Shown here one piece after another: positions 45,478-53,612 of a stretch of DNA of 64,000 nucleotides. The notes beneath the pieces were generated by a model that did no database searches, was not told the origin of the DNA, and saw only the letters and a program-made list of their open reading frames with translations. The translations under genes and the position numbers were made by a program. Source of the DNA: Dehalococcoidia bacterium (GTDB taxonomy: Bacteria > Chloroflexota > Dehalococcoidia > Lucifugimonadales > G963668185); NCBI GenBank assembly GCA_965261935.1, contig OZ253485.1:536388-600387 (forward strand), in the 5' to 3' direction. Positions within the stretch are counted from its first letter, which is position 1, and the number at the start of each line of letters is the position of its first letter.

Positions 45478-45903
45478 CCGGAGCCAGGGTCAGGATGTAT
45501 TGATTCGTTGCACAACCACATCCCCCGTGGAACGGATCGTTGCACTCTGGCCAGCCCTTTCTTTCTGAGAACGCCCGTACTATAATCGTTATGTGAAGTC
45601 TGCGAAGCACAGCCGGACTCACTCCGCAGCCCGACAAGTATGGTCGCCCTGGACAGGTGACTATGCTCTAGTTTCTTATGGGTCGCGGTCCATGCCGTGG
45701 TGGCCGCAATTGGCCGCCTTTGGCCGCATTTCGAGAGCCTGAAACCGCTCCACAGCTTGAAAGTGTCCGCAATTCTCCGATCAGTGCGGACATTCCTTCC
45801 CTCCGTAGCTTTGGAGCGAAGTCCCAGCGGCTCCTGATCGGACTTGGACCGAGCGTCGCCATTGAGGAGTATGTTGTGAATTCTTGGCACTTGCCCAATC
45901 CTA

Positions 45904-45961
45904 GTGAGCGGCGGGCCCATACGCAATGTGAGCGGCGGGCCCAAATGCAATCGGCTATAAT
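45904..45961 (+). promoter_or_regulatory. Two tandem 24-bp direct repeats abutting a consensus TATAAT box upstream of def
   Basis: GTGAGCGGCGGGCCCATACGCAAT (45904-45927) and GTGAGCGGCGGGCCCAAATGCAAT (45928-45951), then CGGC-TATAAT (45956-45961), 72 nt before the def start. Confidence 0.35.
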
Positions 45962-46032
45962 GGCTTAGCTGCGCGGAATGCCGTAACAGTGGCGCCGTGA
46001 CGCTAAGATAGCCGCTCGACAGGAATCGCGCC

Positions 46033-46539
46033 GTGGCCTTGTTGCCAATAATCGAATACCCGGACCCGGTCTTGAGGATGAAGGCGAAGAAGGTCCGCAA
46101 GATAGACAGGAGCGTGGAGCGGCTTGCGGAAGATATGATCATTACCATGCAGGCTGCTGATGGTATCGGCCTTGCTGCCAACCAGGTGGGTATGCTGCGC
46201 CGCGTTATCACTATCCAACTTCCGGAAGAAGAACCAAGAGTCTACATCAACCCTGAAGTAGTCCACCGTGAGGGAGAGCGATCGGTGGAAGAGGGCTGCC
46301 TCAGCGTTCCAGGGTACAAGGGGTTCATTACACGGGCGGTCTGGATCAAGGTCAAGGCTTTGGACCTTTCGACGAAGCTCATCAGGCTCAAGGCCGACGA
46401 GTTGCTTGCTCAAGCCCTCGAGCACGAGATCGACCATCTGGATGGTATCCTATACCTAGATCACCTAAAGTCACATGAAGACCTTCATAAGCTGGAAGAG
46501 GAGGAAGAACCGGCTTCCGTAGAGGTGGCGGTCGGCTAA
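46033..46539 (+). CDS. def: Peptide deformylase
   Basis: GIGLAANQVG, EGCLSVPG and HEIDHLDG motifs. GTG start. Confidence 0.95.
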   Translation: MALLPIIEYPDPVLRMKAKKVRKIDRSVERLAEDMIITMQAADGIGLAANQVGMLRRVITIQLPEEEPRVYINPEVVHREGERSVEEGCLSVPGYKGFITRAVWIKVKALDLSTKLIRLKADELLAQALEHEIDHLDGILYLDHLKSHEDLHKLEEEEEPASVEVAVG

Positions 46540-46577
46540 TCGACGCGCCGCAACACCAGGAACTGCCCGGCAACACT

Positions 46578-48047
46578 TTGTCCTCGGTCTCTACTTCACG
46601 AACACTCGCGCCGCCCGCGGCCCGTCGCATGGCTGATTTCCTTCGAGCCCGCGGCATGCGGTCGTACCTTGTTGGAGGCGCGGTGCGCGATGCGTTGCTT
46701 GGCCGTCATTCGCAGGACGTCGATATGGCAGTTGAGGGCGATGCCACCGGCGTCGCACGGGAGATTGAGACAACCTTGGGAGGCCGGTCCGTTGTACTGG
46801 ACAACAGCCGCGGAATTGTAAGGGTAATGCTGCCAGATCCGGAGGGCCAAGTCCAAATCGACCTCAACTCCGCGACGAAAGGGATTGCAGCCGACCTTGG
46901 CTCGCGCGACTTCACAATCGACGCGATGGCGCTCTCTCTAAACGGAGGCCCCGAAGAACTAGTCGATCCGCACGGCGGGCGCGCTGACCTGGCGGGTAAA
47001 GCGATACGAGCGGTTTCGCCTTCCTCACTCCCGAAAGATCCGGTGCGACTGCTGCGAGCTGTTCGACTGGAAGCTCAGCTGGGATTCAAAATCATCGATG
47101 AAACGGCAAGTGACATCCGAGAGAAAGCAACACTAGTCAGGGCAGTGGCCCCAGAACGAATCAGGGACGAACTGCTAAAGACACTGGCCGAGTCCGGGGC
47201 AACCGCGTCATTGAAACGGCTGGACGATTTGGGTCTACTAACACAGGTCATCCCGGAACTGGAGGATGCGCGCGGCGTGACCCAGCCGAAAGAGCACTAC
47301 TGGGATGTGCTTGGCCACCTGCTGGAAACGCCGGGTCAGGTCGAACGCGTTCTGGATGCGCCGTCGGACAAGGCTGCGTGGTGCGTCCCGAAGTTCGATG
47401 ACATGGCGGCCTACTTCGCCGAGCCGATAGGTGACGGCGCGCAAAGGAGCACTGTCCTGAAGATAGCGGCGCTGTTGCACGATGTCTCGAAGCCGGCGAC
47501 CAAGCAGTTTGAACCGTCAGGGCGAATGAGGTTCTTCGGGCACGATACAGAAGGCGCGGAAGTCTCGAAACAGCTCCTGAAGCGCCTGCGATTCAGCGGG
47601 CGCACGTGCAGTCTGGTGCGTTCCATGGTCCGGTTCCATCTCAGGCCTAGTCAGCTTTCACAGAAGGGGGAGATGCCAACCTCTAGAGCAGTGTACCGGT
47701 ACTACCGGGACGTCGGTGAGGTCGCCGTGGACACGCTGTACCTCAACATGGCGGACTACCTTGCTGCGCGGGGACCTGACATTGAGCTCGACTACTGGGC
47801 CGAGCACTGCCATATGCTGGGCGTGATTCTGTACAACCGCGATCGCCGTCCAGATCGCGCCGACGGGCCGAGTTGGCTAATTGACGGCCACGATTTGATG
47901 GCCGAGTTCTCATTGGAGCCAGGCCCAATCATAGGTGAAGTCTTGGAGGCAGTGCGCGAAGCGCAGTGCTCGGGCGAGATCGGCACTCGGCAGGAAGCGC
48001 TCGACCTTGCGGGCGCCAGGCTTGTTTCGGACTGCCGCCGTGCGTAG
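46578..48047 (+). CDS. cca: CCA-adding tRNA nucleotidyltransferase with HD domain
   Basis: LVGGAVRDALLG...DVDMAV (pol-beta NTase) and LLHDVSKP (HD). The start could instead be Met 18 (46629). Confidence 0.85.
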   Translation: MSSVSTSRTLAPPAARRMADFLRARGMRSYLVGGAVRDALLGRHSQDVDMAVEGDATGVAREIETTLGGRSVVLDNSRGIVRVMLPDPEGQVQIDLNSATKGIAADLGSRDFTIDAMALSLNGGPEELVDPHGGRADLAGKAIRAVSPSSLPKDPVRLLRAVRLEAQLGFKIIDETASDIREKATLVRAVAPERIRDELLKTLAESGATASLKRLDDLGLLTQVIPELEDARGVTQPKEHYWDVLGHLLETPGQVERVLDAPSDKAAWCVPKFDDMAAYFAEPIGDGAQRSTVLKIAALLHDVSKPATKQFEPSGRMRFFGHDTEGAEVSKQLLKRLRFSGRTCSLVRSMVRFHLRPSQLSQKGEMPTSRAVYRYYRDVGEVAVDTLYLNMADYLAARGPDIELDYWAEHCHMLGVILYNRDRRPDRADGPSWLIDGHDLMAEFSLEPGPIIGEVLEAVREAQCSGEIGTRQEALDLAGARLVSDCRRA

Positions 48048-49881
48048 ACACTACCGCGCGCTTGCGGCCATTGGTGTTCTCGTGTTGTTGGCTGCCCTGA
48101 TTCTGGCGTTCCAGTCGATTCGACTGGGCGGGTTCGAGCGCGGCGGCGATACTCCTCTCGGATTGAAGCTGGGTCTGGACCTTCAGGGTGGCATCCATCT
48201 TGTGTACCAAGCGACGCTGGAGGATCCCGCGACCGAGGAGTTGACAATCCCGAGCTCAGACCAGATGAACGCGCTCAAAGCGTCAATAGAGCGCCGCGTA
48301 AACACGTCCGGTTTAGGAGAGCCGATCATCCTGATCCTCGGCGAAGACCGCCTTCTGATCCAGCTTCCCGGCGTAGAGGACAGTACGCGCGCGAAGAGAA
48401 TCATTGGCCCGACGGCCCGTCTCGAGTTCTTTCACCGAACTTTCGAAGTGCCGCTGGAGATCCAGGACGTAACCGAGGACTCGATCATCGGCGTACGCAT
48501 AGAGGAGAGGCGTCCGGAGCCCCCGACAAGCGCGGCACTGGCCGCCGGCTCCGCCACAAGCAGCGTGGAGACGGACGAGGACGAACCGGACCCGACGCCG
48601 ATGTTCGTCCTAGAACTCACACCTGAGGCCGCAGACGCCCTAGACCTCGAGATAGCTAATCTGGACGCGAGCCTTGAACCGGTTCCTGGCTCAAATGAGA
48701 CTTACGCCAGCTTCCTGGTGGTCTCCGCCGAGGGCGGGCCCACATACGAGATTACGTCGCTGCCGGCCGTGGCAATTGCCGGCGGGCCAGTGATCGGCAT
48801 CGACGGCCCGAGCAATATAGAACGCTTAGAGAGCACGAATGACTACCGGGTAGTCATTCCACCTCACGTAGCAACGAGTACGGCCGCCGCAATCGCTGTC
48901 TATGGAGACAGCCCGAGAGTAACGTTGAGCAAGATCGCTGGCAAGGACGATAACGACATCGGGCTGACCGGCGACGACCTAGCACGCGCCTATGCTGGGC
49001 AGCACAGCGGATCAGGGGCGCCAATCGTGAACATCGAGTTCAATGACCGTGGTGCACGGATCTTCGGCGACCTCACTGCCGAGATAGCGGGGACAGCAGA
49101 CCAGATTGCTATTTTCCTAGACGAAGAGGAACTTGTGGCGCCGGTGGTGCAGCAGGCAATCACTAGCGGCGTGGCCTTCATACAGGGGCACGACTTTACC
49201 ATAGAGCGCGTCAGGGATCTCGCCCTACTGCTAGAGTCGGGCCGCCTTCCAATAGAGATTGTTCCGATCTTGGAGCGCACGGTGGGGCCGAGTCTCGGTC
49301 AGGCATCCCTCAACAAGAGCGTAGTGGCTGGGGCAATTGGCTTGGCGCTGGTGCTGTCGTTCATGGCGCTGTACTACAGGGTGCCAGGCGTGATTGCCGC
49401 AGTGGCACTGATCATATACACCTCGGTGCTGCTGGCAGTGTTCAAGATCATTCCGGTGACGCTCACACTCTCAGGCGTGGCGGCGGCGATCCTATCGATT
49501 GGCATGGCAGTGGACGCCAACATTCTGATCTTCGAGCGCATGAAGGAGGAGCTGCGGCGGGGTCGCACTCTGCTCGCCTCGATCAACATTGGGTTCAACC
49601 GCGCATGGCCCGCGATACGGGACAGCAACGTTTCGACGTTGATCACCTGCGCCATCCTATTCTGGTTCGCGGACCAACTTGGGGCAGCCGTTGTGCAGGG
49701 GTTCGCAGTGACGCTGGCGATTGGAGTAGGTATCAGCCTCTTCTCAGCTATCTTCGTAAGCCGCACTTTCTTGAGAATGGTTGCTGAGACTGGTGTCGGC
49801 AGACGGTTGCATCTGTTTGTGCCAGCGGGTGCCGATGACTTGCCCCAGGTCCTCACCGAAGCGGCTTCACGGAGGAGTTGA
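48040..49881 (+). CDS. secD: Protein translocase subunit SecD
   Basis: Track ORF 47935..49881 trimmed to GTG 48040 (VRRHYRALAAIGVLVLL...LGLDLQGGIHLVYQ). C-terminal six-TM block. Confidence 0.9.
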   Translation: MRRHYRALAAIGVLVLLAALILAFQSIRLGGFERGGDTPLGLKLGLDLQGGIHLVYQATLEDPATEELTIPSSDQMNALKASIERRVNTSGLGEPIILILGEDRLLIQLPGVEDSTRAKRIIGPTARLEFFHRTFEVPLEIQDVTEDSIIGVRIEERRPEPPTSAALAAGSATSSVETDEDEPDPTPMFVLELTPEAADALDLEIANLDASLEPVPGSNETYASFLVVSAEGGPTYEITSLPAVAIAGGPVIGIDGPSNIERLESTNDYRVVIPPHVATSTAAAIAVYGDSPRVTLSKIAGKDDNDIGLTGDDLARAYAGQHSGSGAPIVNIEFNDRGARIFGDLTAEIAGTADQIAIFLDEEELVAPVVQQAITSGVAFIQGHDFTIERVRDLALLLESGRLPIEIVPILERTVGPSLGQASLNKSVVAGAIGLALVLSFMALYYRVPGVIAAVALIIYTSVLLAVFKIIPVTLTLSGVAAAILSIGMAVDANILIFERMKEELRRGRTLLASINIGFNRAWPAIRDSNVSTLITCAILFWFADQLGAAVVQGFAVTLAIGVGISLFSAIFVSRTFLRMVAETGVGRRLHLFVPAGADDLPQVLTEAASRRS

Positions 49882-49884
49882 GTC

Positions 49885-50841
49885 TTGGACTACGTGGGCA
49901 AGCGTTACCTTTTCTTCCTAGTCTCAGCGCTTGTGATCGTGCCTGGGATCGTTTTTTTGATCATCTCTCCTGGGCTAAAGCCAGGGATTGACTTCACAGG
50001 CGGCTCCTCGATTATGCTGGAGTTCTCGGCGCCCGTGGACGAGACAGATCTACGGTCCGAGCTTGAGGCGCGCGGCCATCCGGATGCTAACGTCGACCGG
50101 TTGGCGGATGGGTCTTACTTTGTAAGGACAAAAGTCCTGAATGAAGACGAAAAGAACGCGCTTGTAGACGACCTAGAAAGCTCATTGTCGCCCGACGGGG
50201 TCAATGTTCCTTCGTTCGACCTCGTCTCTCCGGTTGTGGCAAAGGAAACGGTGCTAAACGCGCTGTGGGCCGTCGTTGCTGCGGCTGTGGGTGTATTCCT
50301 GTACGTATGGTGGGCGTTCCGCAACGTGCCCAGGCCGTTTCTCTACGGAGCGGCAGCGATAATTGCGCTGATGCACGATGTGATGATAGTGCTCGGGGTG
50401 TTCGCGATACTTGGGAATCTCGCCGGCATTGAGGTTGGGACAATATTCCTGGTTGCGCTGCTGACGGTGATCGGATACAGCGTCAACGATACTATCGTTA
50501 TCTTCGACCGTCTCCGCGAGAATGTGATCAGCTACCCAAACCGCAGCCTATCGGACAACGTGAACCTGAGCATATCCGAAACCCTCGGGCGGTCCATCAA
50601 CACGAGCGCTACGATCATGTTCCCGCTATTGGCCCTTTTGCTGTTCGGGGGGGAGACGATTCAGGTCTTCCTGCTTGTTCTGATAATCGGAGTTGTCTCC
50701 GGTACATACAGCTCTATCGGTGTTGCGGCGCAGTTACTTGCCGCGTGGGACCTGGGAGACCTCAAGCGCATCTTGGACCGCATCCGTCCGGGAACTAGGA
50801 CGGCCGCTTCAAGCACGGGTGTCGCGAGATCTTCGGGGTAG
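49885..50841 (+). CDS. secF: Protein translocase subunit SecF
   Basis: TTG start 4 nt after secD. GIDFTGGS motif, six TM helices, VIGYSVNDTIVIFDRLRE. Confidence 0.9.
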   Translation: MDYVGKRYLFFLVSALVIVPGIVFLIISPGLKPGIDFTGGSSIMLEFSAPVDETDLRSELEARGHPDANVDRLADGSYFVRTKVLNEDEKNALVDDLESSLSPDGVNVPSFDLVSPVVAKETVLNALWAVVAAAVGVFLYVWWAFRNVPRPFLYGAAAIIALMHDVMIVLGVFAILGNLAGIEVGTIFLVALLTVIGYSVNDTIVIFDRLRENVISYPNRSLSDNVNLSISETLGRSINTSATIMFPLLALLLFGGETIQVFLLVLIIGVVSGTYSSIGVAAQLLAAWDLGDLKRILDRIRPGTRTAASSTGVARSSG

Positions 50842-50915
50842 GCCAAGCACTCTTCAAGCCTGCCTTCTGAGTCCGAATCAGGCCAGTCGAGAACGGGACA
50901 TAGAAGAGCACTCGC

Positions 50916-51944
50916 CTAGGGCGTGAGTATTACCCTTCCGAAGGTTTCTCGCGCCTGCATCCTCGCGTAAGCTTCTCCGGCCTCCTCAAGCGAGAACTGG
51001 TCCGATACAACCGGACGCATGCTGTCGGCTAAGACGAGTTCAATGGCGTTCTCGACGTCGGACTTCCCTGCCCCGGACGATGCTTTGATTGAAGCGTCAC
51101 GGAAGACCAACTCGGCCAAGTTAAACTCCACCCGCTTTCCGGCGACCTCTCCCAACAGCACCATGCGCCCATACTGGGCCAGGCTGCGAAGCGCAGACAG
51201 GAACGTCGACGAGCCCACCGTATCAATCACAACCTCGACGCCTTCATCCTCGGTCAGGGCCAGAGCGATTTCCGAGAAGTCGAGCTCTCCTGCCAGTACA
51301 GGTTCGCATGCGAACTGCGATTCCAGCCGCTCGGCCTTCTCCTCGGAACCGGACACCGCGATGACTCGCGCACCGGCGTGAGCCGCCAACTGAACGGCGT
51401 GCACGCCCAGTCCTCCACTCGCGCCCGTCACCAGTACTGTGTCGCCGGTGCCCACCTGCGCTACATCGGTTACGGCGCGAATCGCCACGCCGATAGGACA
51501 CGCGAGGAGTGCCGCGGACGCAAGGTCAATTTCACGAGGCACCGGGACGACGCAATGCTCAGGCAACTTGACGAACTCGGAGAAGCCGCCGTTCAACGCG
51601 TGCCCCAAACCGGCACCATTCAAGCACCTGTACACGCGACCGGTAGTGCATCTGACACAGCTGCCGCAGTACCGGTTCAGCATAGTTACAACCGGATCGC
51701 CGACCGATAGTCGCGTGACATCCAGGCCAACTTCGGCCACGACGCCCGAAATCTCGTGTCCCAAGATTACGTCTTGTCTGACACCGCGCCGCAAGATGCC
51801 ACTCATTACTGCCACGTCGTGGCGGCACATCCCGCACGCGGTTACCTCCACCAGCACCTCGCTGGGGCCGGGCTTCGGAGTAGGGACATCGCGAACGCAG
51901 AGGACGGGAGGGTCCCCAGCGCGTTGGACAAATAGCGCCTTCAA
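50916..51944 (-). CDS. Zinc-dependent alcohol dehydrogenase / MDR-family oxidoreductase
   Basis: CGMCRHD...GHEISGVVAEVG zinc-ligand motifs. GASGGLG nucleotide-binding motif. Confidence 0.85.
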   Translation of the reverse strand: MKALFVQRAGDPPVLCVRDVPTPKPGPSEVLVEVTACGMCRHDVAVMSGILRRGVRQDVILGHEISGVVAEVGLDVTRLSVGDPVVTMLNRYCGSCVRCTTGRVYRCLNGAGLGHALNGGFSEFVKLPEHCVVPVPREIDLASAALLACPIGVAIRAVTDVAQVGTGDTVLVTGASGGLGVHAVQLAAHAGARVIAVSGSEEKAERLESQFACEPVLAGELDFSEIALALTEDEGVEVVIDTVGSSTFLSALRSLAQYGRMVLLGEVAGKRVEFNLAELVFRDASIKASSGAGKSDVENAIELVLADSMRPVVSDQFSLEEAGEAYARMQARETFGRVILTP

Positions 51945-52837
51945 TGCTGCGACACTGGCAGCGCCGCCGTGCGCGCGATCACCTCAATGGTCTCATCCAA
52001 TGTACGGTCAAGGTCTGCTGTTTCCGGATTCTCATCTGCGAACGGCGTCGTGCTGAGAAGCCTGAAGACATCCGCGGCACCTTGATGGAAATGGGGCGTA
52101 GAGCCGGCGTGCTCGAAGGATGCGGCGATCTCTTCCATCTCTCCGATCCACCTGAAGGCGGCGCTTGCAAGGTGAGGAATACCGGAGCGCATTTTTGTGA
52201 GCGTATCCGACTGGCTGTACAGGAACTCCTGCTCTAGCTCGGTCGAAACGCCAAGAGAGGCGGCGGCGCATAGTACGGCCACATGCAGGGCATTGGTCCC
52301 CTTGGTCAGTCCTGCGTAACACATCTTGATAGCAGAGGCGCGGCCGACCTGAGACCCCATGGGCTTGACCTCAATGCCTTTGCCGTCCAATTGCTCCAAC
52401 GGTCCCGTGTCAGCGCCGGAGGCGTAGAACCTTGGCGCACCGCCTCGACCCGGTGGGCCGCCGATGATCGAAGCATCTATGTATCTGCCTCCGGCGGAGG
52501 TAACGATGGACTCGACTTCCTTGGTGGTCATGGGAGAGATGGCATTGCAATCGGCGTAGAATAGCTCAGTTTCAGAGGCGCGGATCGCTTCGGAGATTGC
52601 TTCCGCCGTCTCAACCGTGCGGGCGGGTACCAATATGGACAGAAGCAGATCCGCCTGCACAACAAGCTCTTTGTAGCTGGGTACGTCACGGAAGCCTGCT
52701 GCGCTAGCCAGTCCGCGAGTCCTATCGCTACGGCCCGCAAGGCATGTGATTACGTCCAGGCCGTGTTCTCTGAGCGCGCGGCCAACAGCGTGGCCCATGT
52801 CACCGGGGCTGAGTATAGCAACGGTCTTAACTGGCAT
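51941..52837 (-). CDS. NAD(P)-binding oxidoreductase (6-phosphogluconate-dehydrogenase-like N-domain plus DUF1932-like C-domain)
   Basis: VAILSPGDMGHAVG Rossmann start. TTGA overlap with the downstream dehydrogenase start. Confidence 0.7.
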   Translation of the reverse strand: MPVKTVAILSPGDMGHAVGRALREHGLDVITCLAGRSDRTRGLASAAGFRDVPSYKELVVQADLLLSILVPARTVETAEAISEAIRASETELFYADCNAISPMTTKEVESIVTSAGGRYIDASIIGGPPGRGGAPRFYASGADTGPLEQLDGKGIEVKPMGSQVGRASAIKMCYAGLTKGTNALHVAVLCAAASLGVSTELEQEFLYSQSDTLTKMRSGIPHLASAAFRWIGEMEEIAASFEHAGSTPHFHQGAADVFRLLSTTPFADENPETADLDRTLDETIEVIARTAALPVSQH

Positions 52838-53612
52838 AGGAGGCCTCCTTGGCGCCTGTCCTAACGTTAGCCGACAATGATGTGCATACCTGTGGCGTCC
52901 GGTATTCCCTTTTCGCTAGGTGATTTCAGTGCCGATGAATCTCCCGCGCTGCTTCCTTCAACCTCTCGCTCAAGGGGAATCAGGACAGGCTCTCGCTCCT
53001 CTCCAATTAAGAGAGAAACAGACTTGGCGCGTGTCCGCACATTCCGGCCAAATGTGACGATTTCATACTTGAGAGGCGTGTGTGTGATTCTCCACAGGCG
53101 GCCGTTTGCGGCCAAATGAGGCCAAGCCGTCGAGCTTGGCCTGTCGCCGCGAAAGTGGTTGATTCATTGTCGTTCGCATGGAGTAATAATAGCATGTTTG
53201 TTCGCGAAGGGCAATGCGAGGTAGAGCCCTGGCGTGAGGGTTGCGGCCGTAGGAGGCCCCGTACAGAGACGAGTTCAGCGATTGTAGGCCTTATGAGTCC
53301 ATTCACGAAAGCATAAGCGAGGATGCAATTAAACTATGCATCACACTGCCATTAGTCAGGCAACCATGATTCAACAGCTCAGTTCGCGGCGCGGAAAGCG
53401 AAGTCTGACCGGGCGGCGGCAAGAAGTTGTGGATCGGTTAGAACGTCGCATGCCGTATGAGCCAGCGTCTTCGCAACGTGAAGTCCCTGCTCCTGAGCAA
53501 GCTATGAACCTGCGGCCTCAGTCATCTGCTTGGAGTGACGGGGGACGGGCCCATCGCTTACCGCTACGGCCCAAACAATACTCAGAGCTGACAGTTGGGC
53601 TCGCTCGGGACC

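Noticed and set aside
45766-45794. TGTCCGCA octamer shared by the IS terminal repeats (AAAATGTCCGCA), the 45.77-kb inverted repeat and 53.03 kb, as a possible solo IS end or MITE
   Set aside because: Only an 8-mer is shared, and a few chance occurrences are expected in 128 kb of double-stranded sequence. The flanking IS-repeat blocks (CTCAGCGATTA) are absent.
44699-46211. ORFs 44699..45637 (312 aa), 44749..45225 and 45462..46211 (249 aa)
   Set aside because: The first two are out of frame with or antisense to the TM-rich Wzx gene and are Arg-rich. The third spans the intergenic region and the antisense of def, with no motifs.
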